From: an uncultured Phycisphaerales bacterium
GTDB taxonomy: Bacteria; Planctomycetota; Phycisphaerae; Sedimentisphaerales; Anaerobacaceae
Direction: 5' to 3'
NCBI GenBank assembly: GCA_963772725.1
Contig: CAVYYI010000002.1
Location: 96,001 to 160,000, forward strand
DNA length: 64,000 bases
This document shows positions 53,505 to 64,000 of the stretch, piece by piece; the first letter of the stretch is position 1, and the number at the start of each line of letters is the position of its first letter. A program made the position numbers and the translations under genes. Below the pieces are notes generated by a model. That model did not search any database. It was not told where the DNA came from and saw only the letters and a program-made list of their open reading frames with translations.

Positions 53505-54605
53505 ATGCAACAAATACGCATACTTTCAACTTTAGTAATTTTAGTATTCTTCTGTAATTTGTGCCTTGCTCAGCCAAAACAGGCAAAACTTTTAATTTCC
53601 AAGGTGAAGCTTGACCGAAAGGTATTTGACCCTTCGGCAAAGGAAACGGTAAAACTAAGTTTTGAAGTAAATAAGGCAGTAAAATGTGAGGTCGTAATTT
53701 ATAATATTCTGGGAGGAGCCGTAAGGGAATTTGAAATCCCTTATGCAGTCGCCGGTGAAAGAAGTGTCGTATGGGATGGCAGAGATAACAACAATCAGCT
53801 TATTTCAGGTAAGATGTTTTTATATGTTATTCATGCCATTGCGGATAAGGATGAAAAGGCTGCCTATAATCCATCCGATAAGACAGGTGGAGAGTTGATT
53901 AAAACCCATGAATACACCTTTGACAATGCCAGCGGAAAAATAGAATTTGTTTTGCCCAAGGCATGCATGGTCAGGCTTCGTGCAGGATTAAGGGATGGTA
54001 TGCTGGTAAGAACAATATACGATTGGGAACCTTTCCCCGCCGGCAGGCATAATCTTCAATGGAATGGCAGCGATGAATCGGGATGTTTTAATCTGGCAGG
54101 GAATAAAGATGTGCAGCTCAACCTAACATGTTATACTCTACCTGATAATACCATAATAATAAAAGGCAATACAGTTTTAGTCTGGAATAGTTCCAGAACA
54201 GAAATTTCAGGAAGCAACAAAAAAGATAATGTCCCATGGAACAGGAAAGGTAAATTTCTGCACTATACACATGACCCGATGCATTGTCACGAACCCTGTT
54301 TTGAGATTTCTTTTCAAAAGCATAAATCCTCTGGGGAAAATGACATTCCGATAATTAAAGGTGAGGTTCCGGTCAGGATTAAAATTGATGACAGTGATGC
54401 CGAATATATGACAAATAAGAGGTTTGAGGTTATGCTATACGTTGATGGAGTATTTCTTTACGAAATCGAAGAAGGAACCTCGCCTTTTACTTTCAACTGG
54501 AATACAAAAGGCCTTACAAAAGGCACTCATATTTTTACTGCAATTATTATGAGTTACGATGATCATATAGGGACATTAAGCAAGAAGATTATAATCGGAG
54601 ACTAA
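53505..54605 (+). CDS. Exported protein with FlgD-like Ig domains
   Basis: Signal peptide, WDGRD and WNGSD motifs. Confidence 0.75.
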   Translation: MQQIRILSTLVILVFFCNLCLAQPKQAKLLISKVKLDRKVFDPSAKETVKLSFEVNKAVKCEVVIYNILGGAVREFEIPYAVAGERSVVWDGRDNNNQLISGKMFLYVIHAIADKDEKAAYNPSDKTGGELIKTHEYTFDNASGKIEFVLPKACMVRLRAGLRDGMLVRTIYDWEPFPAGRHNLQWNGSDESGCFNLAGNKDVQLNLTCYTLPDNTIIIKGNTVLVWNSSRTEISGSNKKDNVPWNRKGKFLHYTHDPMHCHEPCFEISFQKHKSSGENDIPIIKGEVPVRIKIDDSDAEYMTNKRFEVMLYVDGVFLYEIEEGTSPFTFNWNTKGLTKGTHIFTAIIMSYDDHIGTLSKKIIIGD

Positions 54606-54608
54606 AAA

Positions 54609-57600
54609 ATGAAGTCAATTACTGTAAAATTTGTCATGGTTCTGATGTTACTTGCCTCACCTGCAGTTTTTCGGAGATGATGGTATAATACAGATGGGAG
54701 AGTTTCCTGAAAACTGGATAGAGAGTTTGATGATGGGCTGGGATGTTGCAGACCTATCGGAAATGAACATGGCGTACGATGGCGACCCCGTACAGCTTAA
54801 AAATGGCGACTATGATTTGACTGTTAAGGATTTGGTTGTCAAAGGAGGTGTTCTCGATATAGTTATAGAGAGGCGCTATCGCAGCACAAGCCGGTATAAT
54901 TCACGTTTCGGCTACGGCTGGGATATGAATTATAATATTAAGGTAAGAAAGCTTCACGATGTCAATAAGCTCGTATTGATTAACGGTGAAAACCGCAGGC
55001 ACGAATACACTCTTGACCCAAATTCCGACCCTAATGAACCTGTTTATGTTTCTCAGGCCGGTCTCTATGATTACATTGTCGCAAACCAAGACGGGACGCT
55101 AACTCTTGTTAAAAAACATGGAACGGAAATAAATTTTGACATTAACGGCAATCTCTCATCAATAATCGACAGAAACGGCAACAGTATTGCTTTTACTTAT
55201 GATAATGGTGGCCTATTGCCAATAAACGGTCCATCGGATTATTTTGTTGGACAGGATTATGGTCTTATTGCCCAGGAATATATGCTTACTAAAATCACGG
55301 ATGATTTGGACAGGGATATTAATTTTACTTATGACGCAAATGGCTTGCTTTCAACAATAACTGATTTTACAGGCAGATGCTGGACTTATACTTATGACCC
55401 CAACACAAACGATTTACTCACAGTAACCTGTCCCAACACTCCTGCTTATCCAAATGGTCTTACAACAACCTATACTTATGAAAATCATAATCTGCTTACT
55501 GCAACAGATGCCAATGGACAGACCTATCTGACCAATACCTATTATTCCAACGATAAAGTTCACCAGCAGACCTATGGCGACGGCTATTACACATTTAATT
55601 ATGACCCCAACAATAACCAGGTTACTGTAACAGACCGCAAAGGCTTTGACAGAACCACTGTTTATAATAGTTCAGGTAATCCCATATCAGTTACGATTGA
55701 TACCGAAGGCCTGCGTGCAACCGACCCTGCCTCCTACACCACGAAACACTGGTACAACTCCAATATGGAGGTTACAAAGACGCTCTTGCCATCTGGCAAC
55801 TATGTAACTTACGGCTATGATTCGATGGGCAACCTGCTAAAGGTCGCTGCTGAGCCTAATAACGGCGAGCCTAATATCGTTACAACATATACCTATGACC
55901 CGAACTGGAATTTTATAAAAACCGTTACCGACCCACTGGGCAAGATTACGACATACAATTACGACTCCAATAACGGCAACCTTCTGAGTATTACATCTCC
56001 TACAGTTTCGACCCCGACAGGCGACGCAAACGCCGTTGTAAGCTTTACATATAATATCTACGGGCAGCCTGAAACCGTCACTGCCCCTGATAGTATTGTG
56101 ACAAAATGTGAATATTACACAGATGCCAACGATGCCAATAATTTTGGTCATCTGTGGAAAACGATTGTCGATTATAACGAAACTGCAGGATTAAACATAA
56201 CAACTGAATACGAGTATGACAGGCTCGGCAGAGCTATAAAGGTAACAGACAGCAACGATAATATCGCACAGCTTACTTATAATAATCTTGACCAGTTGAC
56301 CAAGGCCACAGCGCCGTCGCCGTTTAATTATGTTACAAACTTTTCATATCACAAGACCAAAAAGCTAAAGACTTTAGAGCGGCCTATCGACGATTCCAAT
56401 CAGGTAACAAGCTATACATATAATATCCTCGATAAGCTAAAAACCGTTACTAATCCGCTGGGATATGTAACTACAAATAGCTATGACAATAGTGAAAATC
56501 TGTCCAATATCGAGGACGCTGAGGAGAATAATACCCATTATGATTATGATGAGCGGGATTTGCTCTGGAAGGTTACCGATGCCAACGGCAACGTAACTGA
56601 ATACAGCTATACACATAACGGCAAATTGGAAAAAATCAAGGCCCAGGACGGCAATGAGACAACCTACTCTTACGACGGCTTTGACAGGCTAAAAGTAATT
56701 ACCTATCCCGATGATACAAACGAGGTTTTCAGCTATGATAAAAATTCCAATCTTACAGGCAAAAAGACCAGAAAAGATGAAGTAATCAGCTTCCAGTATG
56801 ATGCCCTGAACCGGATGACGGTTAAAAATGGTCCTGCCGACCCGAATATCTATTACCGCTACGATATAGCTGGCAGATTATATGATGTAAATGACCTTCG
56901 CTCGGTAAGTAATGGGGGCGGGATTACTACCTATGATTATGACCGCATTGGAAGAGTTGAGCAGGTCAACGATATAGAAGGCCGTCTTGTTGATTATGAT
57001 TACGATGAACGGGGTCTGAGAACAGCACTTATATATCCTGACGACAGCAACGTAACCTATAAATACGATTCGCTGTCGCGTCTGACGGAAATCAGGTATA
57101 ATAACTCAATCGTGGCAAGCTATGATTATGATGAGTTATCCAGAAGGAAACTTTTGACGCTTAATAATGATACCGATGTCAACGTTATTTATGAGTATGA
57201 TTTGGGAAACAGATTGACAAAGCTGACAAATAACTTAGATGGCGCCAGTTCCATTGTCTTTGAATATACCAGCTACGACAAGGTTGGAAACAGGAAAAAT
57301 ATGCTCGTTGACGGCAGTGAGCATATCTACAACTATGATGTGCTTTATCAGCTTACACACGTCAATTATCCCTCCGGCGCAGGCGCCGATGCGAATTACT
57401 TTTACGACAGCCTTGGAAACAGGACAAGCGTTTATAACGGCAGTACAACAACTTATACAGCCGATAGTAATGGTATGAATCAATACACATCTGTCGGCGG
57501 GACAAGTTTTGATTATGACAAAAACGGCAATTTAACCAGTGACGGGACATATACTTACACTTACGATGCTGAAAATCGCTTAATAGATGTTAATGACGTT

Positions 57601-58686
57601 AACGGCAATATTGCGGAATATAAATATGATTTTGCAGGCAGGAGAGTATCAAAGACTGTCGGCGGGGCAACTACAAAATATTGCTATGACGGCGATAAAA
57701 TAATTGCGGAGTATGACGGCTCGAATAATCTTTTGCGTAAATTTGTATATGGTCCCGGGATTGACGAGCCGATTTTGATGATTAACATCTCAGGTGGAAA
57801 TGAAACAAAGTATTTTTACCACTTTGATGGTTTAGGTTCAGTTGTTGGATTAAGCAATTCCTCTGGCACCGTTGTTGAAAGATATAGCTATGATGTCTTT
57901 GGCGAGCCTAACCGGACTTCAAGTTTAGGTAATCCTTACCTGTTTACAGGTCGTGCTTATGATGATGAGACAGGGAATTATTATTACAGGGCGAGGTACT
58001 ATAAACCTTCGATAGGGAGATTCCTGCAGACGGACCCGATAGGTTACACTGCGGGTTTGAATCTCTATACGTATTGTGGAAATAATCCCTTGAATTTCAT
58101 TGATACTTATGGCAAAAATTTCTTTGGAGGATTAGTTAGTTTAATTGCAGGCAATGGATTTGATACTTCTTACAATATGGGATGGAGCGAAGCCGGACAG
58201 ATTGGAAAGGCAGGATTACAGGGCGGAGGACAAGGACTTGCAGCTTGGGCTGATGGTGTGATACCATTTGCAAATCCATTCGAGAATTATTATGATAGCA
58301 GCGATCCAACATTGAAGTTTAGTCAAGCGATGGGGCATGTGTCCAGAGATGCTTTGTTAGCGGCTGCTATCCCGAATATTGGTACATGGGTAAAAAACCC
58401 TCTTCTTTATGAAATTGGTTCAAAAACACTCCCAACTACTAAATATCTCGAATTAGGGCTTAAAGGTCTTAGCGCAATTGACAAAGGGCGGAAAATTATT
58501 CAGGATGCTGGTGGTTTGTGGTTGGCATTGAAGCCGGTAGGGACAAGTGCATACGCGACAACGATATTAGAAGGCGGGACTCCTGGTGCTTGGCTAACAT
58601 TAGAAGCTCTTCTTGAAGGTGCAGACCTCAAATGGCCTAATTTATTCGGCGATCTCTTCACCAATCCAGAGGGAAGCAAGAAATAA
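54609..58686 (+). CDS. Rhs/YD-repeat toxin with signal peptide (one extra T near 54670)
   Basis: MKSITVKFVMVLMLLASPAVF joins GDDG... DUF6531-like DPV..R.Y.S..FGYGW, YD repeats, RYY.PSIGRFLQTDPIG, NPLNFIDTYG, then a variable C-terminus. Confidence 0.92.
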
Positions 58687-58697
58687 AGGAATATAAT

Positions 58698-59114
58698 ATG
58701 AATATTTTTGAATTATTAACTTTTTTGGCATTTATTGTAGCAGGATATTTCTGTGGGAAACTGCTTGGGCTTTATTATGGAATAATAGGATGGGTAGTTG
58801 GTGTTGCCATCGGAATTGCATTGGCAATATGTGTATGGATTGGATTGGATAAGTTAATACGACAATGGTATAAATGGCGTCCATTCCGGCCGGTATGTAA
58901 AAAGGGTAAGTGTTTTACTCATGATTATAGATTGATTGAGTGCTCACAAATGGACATCACGTTACAATGTCGGTGTGGAACAAAATATCTGTATCGTGAA
59001 AATGAACGGCGATTTATGGAGATTCTTGAAGACGGTACCATTGTCCCATATATGAAACGAAAAGGTGCTTTTGGGCGATGGGAATTAGAAAAACCGCAAG
59101 AACACAAAGCATAG
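58698..59114 (+). CDS. Putative Rhs immunity protein (2 TM + Cys-rich domain)
   Basis: Lies directly downstream of the Rhs. Hydrophobic N-terminus, C..C and CRCG. Confidence 0.55.
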   Translation: MNIFELLTFLAFIVAGYFCGKLLGLYYGIIGWVVGVAIGIALAICVWIGLDKLIRQWYKWRPFRPVCKKGKCFTHDYRLIECSQMDITLQCRCGTKYLYRENERRFMEILEDGTIVPYMKRKGAFGRWELEKPQEHKA

Positions 59115-59156
59115 TCCGAATGAATTCAAGAATAACTTATGAGAAACGTGACAAGT

Positions 59157-59396
59157 ATGAAAGTCATCTATTTAAAAGGATTACTCTTTTTGTTTGCGGG
59201 ATTATTATCGTCGATAATTCTTATCTATCAATGTCCGACTTTAAAAGTAGTCGGATTGCTTATGTTGTCTATTTGGAGTTTTGCCAGATGTTATTACTTT
59301 GCATTTTATGTTATAGAGGACTATGTTGATAATAGATACAAGTTCTCTGGTCTTTGGTCATTTATTCATTATTTGTGTTACAAGGGTAAGTCCTAA
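59157..59396 (+). CDS. Small membrane protein
   Basis: Hydrophobic 79 aa, RCYYFAFYVIEDYVD. Confidence 0.55.
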   Translation: MKVIYLKGLLFLFAGLLSSIILIYQCPTLKVVGLLMLSIWSFARCYYFAFYVIEDYVDNRYKFSGLWSFIHYLCYKGKS

Positions 59397-59402
59397 TAGT
59401 AT

Positions 59403-60533
59403 ATGGTAACTTATGCAAGTGAAAAACTGGTTGCAGACAGTAGAGTCAAGAAGTTTGACTATACCCTGTCCCCTGAACGCTGTACGCTAAATTTCTATGG
59501 CCCCGGAATTGACGAGCCAATCTGTATGATAAATATCTCCGGTGGTAATGAAACGATTTACTTTTATCACTTTGATGGGTTGGAAAGTGTAACAGCGTTA
59601 AGCAACTCTTCTGGCACTATTATTGAAAGATATTCTTACGATGTCTTTGGTGAGCCTAACAGGACTTCAAGCATCGGTAATCCGTATTTATTCACGGGAA
59701 GACAATACGATGATGAAACTGGCAATTATTATTATAGAGCCAGGTATTACAAGCCGACTATTGGGAGATTTTTACAGACGGATAAAGTTGGTTATGCTGA
59801 CGGCTTGAATATGTATTCTTATTGTGGCAATAACCCCCTTAATTGGACTGACCCATATGGATTATGTAAAGATGGATGGCTTGACGGTTTTCTTGATTGG
59901 TTAAGTGGTACTTCTATTGGACCGTTAATAGGCTTTGGTCCAGAAGGATACAGTGCCTATCAGGCTTGGAGCGATTTTTCAGTAGGTTACAGCATGGCTG
60001 GTCAAGGAGTTGTGAATGTGTTTACCGGAGGAATGTTTAATAGAAACTATGGGATATTTTATAATACATTTAACAACCAATGGGCAGCTCTTGGTTATGA
60101 AAATAGTGTAAATAGTCCTGAATTCCGCAGCGGAGAGAGGGGCGGAAGAATAGGAGAAACATTTTTGTTAGGCGCCGCAGGAGCATGGGCATGGCAAGCT
60201 GTTGGGGGGCCTACAATGAATGTGTCAGTTGGAGAATTATATGGCCAAACACACATTGCATACGGAACAGGAAGTACAACATTAGAGGCATTAGGTACGG
60301 CTGGCCAGATTCAGGTATACAGCGGTGCAACTTTCACTGGTAGTGTTGCGACCATTGAGGGTATTCCTATACTCAGTTCTGGAGCAATCGCTGCTACTGA
60401 AGGCATGGCAGCTACAAATTGTCTTACAGCCGCTGGTTATGCGTACACAGTATCGGGTGGCGCTGCTGTTGGAGTAGGAATCGGTGCAGTATCATCAACG
60501 CCAATCTGGGTACCATCTCTAGTAGAGCCATAA
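59403..60533 (+). CDS. Orphan Rhs core end + alternative C-terminal toxin (Gly/Ala-rich)
   Basis: YGPGIDEP...GRFLQTD...NPLNWTDPYG followed by a new C-terminus. Confidence 0.85.
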   Translation: MVTYASEKLVADSRVKKFDYTLSPERCTLNFYGPGIDEPICMINISGGNETIYFYHFDGLESVTALSNSSGTIIERYSYDVFGEPNRTSSIGNPYLFTGRQYDDETGNYYYRARYYKPTIGRFLQTDKVGYADGLNMYSYCGNNPLNWTDPYGLCKDGWLDGFLDWLSGTSIGPLIGFGPEGYSAYQAWSDFSVGYSMAGQGVVNVFTGGMFNRNYGIFYNTFNNQWAALGYENSVNSPEFRSGERGGRIGETFLLGAAGAWAWQAVGGPTMNVSVGELYGQTHIAYGTGSTTLEALGTAGQIQVYSGATFTGSVATIEGIPILSSGAIAATEGMAATNCLTAAGYAYTVSGGAAVGVGIGAVSSTPIWVPSLVEP

Positions 60534-60708
60534 TAAAGTAAAGGATTAACAATGGGATATTATGCAATTTTTGAATTTAAGTTGTTACAGAATACTCCAA
60601 TGAAATACCCTCCAAAAGAACCTTTAAAGGAGGCATTAAGGTATCTTGTAAAATAGAAATGATAAAACTAATTCATTAAATAGTCATTAAGATTAACGAG
60701 GATTTAAT

Positions 60709-61176
60709 ATGCAGAATTTCGCGATTGTAGAAGTTAAACCAATCGATGAAATTGGTTTGAAAGATTACAACATAAAATTATTAAAAGAAATAGCTGCGTT
60801 GCTCAAAAAACGCAATATAAAACTTTCTAAACAAGATCCAGTTATCAATCGTTTTTGTGCCCGATTGGTTTGTAATTCAATGGGCCAAAAGGTCTATATA
60901 AGTCTGCGTTCGTTTGGCCTACAAGAGAACCCATATAAGTCCACTTTTGCATGCTATATGTCCGAACCTTTGTGGAGAAGATTATTAAGAATTCGTTCAG
61001 AAAGACGAGATATTGCTCTTCAACAGGTATGTGATGTTGTTCATGATATCGTAAATGCTGATGTACGTTTTGTTAATGTAAAATGGATGACCTTTGCGGA
61101 TTGGTGTGCATCCCCTGAACGTAAAGAGAAACTTCTATCGTCCACCAAAATTAAATCTCGACATTTAACGCGATAA
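60709..61176 (+). CDS. Putative immunity protein
   Basis: Position after the orphan Rhs-CT. GAGG RBS. Confidence 0.45.
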   Translation: MQNFAIVEVKPIDEIGLKDYNIKLLKEIAALLKKRNIKLSKQDPVINRFCARLVCNSMGQKVYISLRSFGLQENPYKSTFACYMSEPLWRRLLRIRSERRDIALQQVCDVVHDIVNADVRFVNVKWMTFADWCASPERKEKLLSSTKIKSRHLTR

Positions 61177-61188
61177 ATTCGGTAACAT

Positions 61189-62259
61189 ATGATAAGTTAC
61201 ACAGACAACGAAATACAGACACAAGACGCAAGACTCACGACGCAAGACAACAGCGTTTCCTGTACCCTACCCCCTGAACGCTGTACGCTAAATTTCTACG
61301 GTCCCGGGATTGATGAACCAATCTTAATGATTAACATCTCCGGCGGAAATGAAACAGTTTATTATTACCACTTTGATGGATTGGGTTCGGTAGTTGGATT
61401 AAGCAATTCATCGGGAAGTATTGTTGAGCGATACAGTTACGATGTATTTGGCGAACCGAACAGAGTAAGTTCCTTAGGAAATTCGTATTTATTTACGGGG
61501 CGACAGTATGACAGTGAAACTGAAAATTATTACTATCGCGCAAGATATTACAAACCGAGTATAGGGAGATTCTTGCAGACAGATAAAATTGGCTATGCCG
61601 ACGGCCTCAATATGTACAGCTATTGCGGAAATAATCCAATCAGTTGGGCTGACCCTTATGGGTTGTGTAAGGATAGAAGTTATTGGTGGAGTGGTGATTT
61701 CTTATATGCTTTATCTGACTTTGGGCCTCAAATGCGTGATGCGCTTGGCGCTGGTGTAGCATTTACTACTAATGGCCTTACTTTCCATCAAATTGATAGC
61801 TGGAATGCTTATGCTGATTATCTTAAAGGACGATATGGAGCAGCGGGTACCGCATCAGAAAACTTTGGAAGCTTCTCCATGTTATTGACAGGCGGTGCGG
61901 TTGGGTTAGAGGTGCTTGGGCTGGATGTGGTTGTGTTGGGAGGTACAACTGGTGCCGCTGCATCAAATCCAACTGTACAAGAAGGAATGCAATTATGGCG
62001 GGCATGGGGAGGCAGTTCAGGCCCTCTCAGCCCTGGCAACTCGACATACTGGACAAATGTAAATCCTCAAACAATTTCTAATTTTAGTCAAGCTGCTCAG
62101 TTACCCATAGGAAATACAGGGCAGTTTATTAGTACAGGAACATTAACAAATACCGCTAATGTAATAATACAACAAGTACCTAACGGCACTGTGTATGAAG
62201 TTATTGTTCCGAATGGCCAAGTTTTAGTAAATAGTGTATCTGGTGGAGCATTACCGTGA
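61189..62259 (+). CDS. Orphan Rhs core end + C-terminal toxin (possibly ART/NADase-like)
   Basis: YGPGIDEP...WADPYG, then WRAWGG..YWT.VNP..LP..N...YEV. Confidence 0.85.
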   Translation: MISYTDNEIQTQDARLTTQDNSVSCTLPPERCTLNFYGPGIDEPILMINISGGNETVYYYHFDGLGSVVGLSNSSGSIVERYSYDVFGEPNRVSSLGNSYLFTGRQYDSETENYYYRARYYKPSIGRFLQTDKIGYADGLNMYSYCGNNPISWADPYGLCKDRSYWWSGDFLYALSDFGPQMRDALGAGVAFTTNGLTFHQIDSWNAYADYLKGRYGAAGTASENFGSFSMLLTGGAVGLEVLGLDVVVLGGTTGAAASNPTVQEGMQLWRAWGGSSGPLSPGNSTYWTNVNPQTISNFSQAAQLPIGNTGQFISTGTLTNTANVIIQQVPNGTVYEVIVPNGQVLVNSVSGGALP

Positions 62260-62660
62260 TTCTAAATTTTAATAAATGGAAAAGCAAAAAATATCTGGAG
62301 TATCGATACCCCAAAAGCAAGATTCAATTTTTATGCGAACAAAATGGTCTGCCAGAAAAAGACCTTAAAAAAGAGTTTGTTACCTTATTTAAAAAAGATA
62401 TAAAGGTTTTAAGGGCATATTTGGTAAGAATAACTTTTGATTCTAAAAATGATTATCTAGTTGCTTTATGTATATTCTTGGATTCGACTACATCATTAAA
62501 TCATAAACAGGTGATTCCTCGAATAAAGGAAATATCAAAAATTTGTCAAAAAATGTTACCCCAAGAAATACATTTAGAAATAATATTCCTTGATAAGGAA
62601 ACTGAGACAAAAGTTTTAGAGGTATGCAGCCCATTTTATGTAAGTGGAACGGAGAATTGA
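62256..62660 (+). CDS. SseB C-terminal-like putative immunity protein
   Basis: FLCEQNG.PE..LK, V.RAYL, VALC, HLEIIFL, VCSPFY. GTGA overlap with the toxin gene. Confidence 0.6.
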   Translation: MILNFNKWKSKKYLEYRYPKSKIQFLCEQNGLPEKDLKKEFVTLFKKDIKVLRAYLVRITFDSKNDYLVALCIFLDSTTSLNHKQVIPRIKEISKICQKMLPQEIHLEIIFLDKETETKVLEVCSPFYVSGTEN

Positions 62661-62663
62661 CGG

Positions 62664-63065
62664 ATGGAAAATATTCCAGATTTTTATTTGGTACCAAATG
62701 AATGCGTTCCAGTTGTATACCCCATTAAATGTTGGATAGTAGGAACGCTGCACTATGAAAACAAGGATGATTATTTTATAGTTGATGTAAATCCACAAGT
62801 CATTTTTTATGACAAGAATAAAGATATTATAGAAACAGAAAAAGTAATTCTAACTGCTAGATATCAAAATGACCATATCAAGATGGTCAAAGAACGGTCT
62901 ATTTTTGTAAATATATTATGGAAAAAGAATATACACCAAGATTTAAATTTATCCGGTTTGTCCTACGGAGATGTTGAGATTATTGCGTTAGGGAAAATAT
63001 ATCCTACTGCTAATTCTGCTTGGGAGGATGTATATAAGGCCTTTGAGCAAAAAGGGAAATATTAA
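62664..63065 (+). CDS. Hypothetical protein (possible orphan immunity)
   Basis: 133-aa ORF starting 3 nt after the previous stop. Confidence 0.55.
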   Translation: MENIPDFYLVPNECVPVVYPIKCWIVGTLHYENKDDYFIVDVNPQVIFYDKNKDIIETEKVILTARYQNDHIKMVKERSIFVNILWKKNIHQDLNLSGLSYGDVEIIALGKIYPTANSAWEDVYKAFEQKGKY

Positions 63066-63254
63066 ACCTGTCCCTAACGAAAATTAAATCTGCAGCTTAG
63101 CGTGAAAAATTTGTTACGTTCTTTGAAAATATTATAGAGACGTTGGACAATTTTGGATTTTCGATTTCCGATTTTGGATTATGAGACTATTTTTGATAAT
63201 CGAAAACCAACAAAGCCGTTTTTAATACTGAAACCGTAGTTTTCAATGATTACA

Positions 63255-63445
63255 TTGCAGGAATGATAATTTACATTGCAGCGATGTAAATTTACATTAA
63301 GCCATTGCAGATTTACATTAAGTCAATGTAATTTTGCATTTAAGGGATGTAAATTGACATTATGCCTATGTAAGTTTACATTTGGTCACTGTAAATCAGC
63401 AATAAGCCGCTGTAAATTTGCATTGCCTCGATGTGAACTTGATTT
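63255..63445 (+). repeat. Degenerate 21-bp tandem repeat
   Basis: Units similar to TGTAAATTTACATTAAGCCAT. Confidence 0.75.
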
Positions 63446-63609
63446 GTTGAATATGAAGCTTGATATGTTATATATCAAGTGTGAAATACGACGGATTAAA
63501 TATGAAATCAGGCTCGGCAACTGTCAAAATGACAGGAACAAAGACAATTTATTTGGACTTAAACTCAATAAAGGACATTCACAACGCCCTCGATAATAAT
63601 ACATGCTAA

Positions 63610-63681
63610 GATTATGATGAACGGGATTTACTCCGGAAGGTAACCGATACAAACGGCAATGTAACTGAATGCAGTTATACA
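63610..63681 (+). pseudogene. Short Rhs core relic
   Basis: GATTATGATGAACGGGATTTACTCCGGAAGGTAACCGAT... resembles 56542-56612. Confidence 0.7.
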
Positions 63682-63702
63682 TTTTATTTAAGGGTACTAA
63701 CA

Positions 63703-64000
63703 ATGAGAAATATTATTAGATGTGTTTTATTTACAGCGATGGTAATACTTACAATTTCTTCTGTCGGCTGTAAAAGTAAAAAAGCTGACAACCAGGTTGT
63801 GGTTTATACATCTCTTGATGAGGTCTATAGCCAGCCTGTTCTTGATGCCTTTGAAAAAGAGACCGGTATTAAAGTTTTAGCGGTTTACGATTCCGAAGCG
63901 ACCAAGACCATTGGTTTGGTCAATCGTCTCATCGCCGAAAAGAATAGTCCGCGAGCCGATATATTCTGGAATTCCGAAACAGGCAGAACAATTGTTTTAA
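63703..64000 (+). CDS. ABC transporter substrate-binding lipoprotein (Fe3+-type family), partial
   Basis: SVGC lipobox, VVVYTSLD, FEKETGIKV, RLIAEKNSPRADIFW. Confidence 0.85.
   Translation, partial: MRNIIRCVLFTAMVILTISSVGCKSKKADNQVVVYTSLDEVYSQPVLDAFEKETGIKVLAVYDSEATKTIGLVNRLIAEKNSPRADIFWNSETGRTIVL

Noticed and set aside
63276..63596. 106-aa Cys-rich ORF (CKFTLSH repeats) as a RiPP precursor
   Set aside because: It is a by-product of a 21-bp DNA repeat, with a TTG start, no leader and no modifying enzyme nearby.

Overview
A 64-kb bacterial accessory/defence region. The style of the exported proteins suggests a Planctomycetota (Sedimentisphaerales-like) host, but this is inference only. From left to right: (1) the end of an IS66; (2) an ATP-grasp (graspetide-type) RiPP precursor and ligase plus a membrane protein; (3) a caspase-domain/Ski2-like helicase fusion; (4) an IS5 relic; (5) a radical SAM/SPASM enzyme with a 72-aa precursor made of a 37-aa leader and five Y-x-A-G-P-P-P heptads, convergent with a nucleoside-phosphorylase-like gene; (6) a type I-C CRISPR array (141 repeats by hand count) and a rearranged cas5-cas8-cas7-cas3-cas4-cas1-cas2 operon; (7) an unknown gene pair between diverged direct repeats; (8) a ubiquitin-like conjugation operon (Ubl, Ser-type E2, JAB-E1, kinase-like protein, DUF6527-wHTH) whose E1 is split by IS21; (9) a Zn-ribbon tyrosine integrase next to an archaeal-style tRNA-Val; (10) an IS1380 carrying a nested second IS21; (11) an exported TPR/beta-helix/TolB/FlgD/Rhs toxin locus with orphan toxin-immunity cassettes; (12) the start of an ABC substrate-binding gene. 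About eight reading-frame breaks, in seven genes, can each be repaired by deleting a single base. This suggests systematic sequencing insertion errors, so many apparent pseudogenes may be intact. All calls come from motif reading; no database searches were run.
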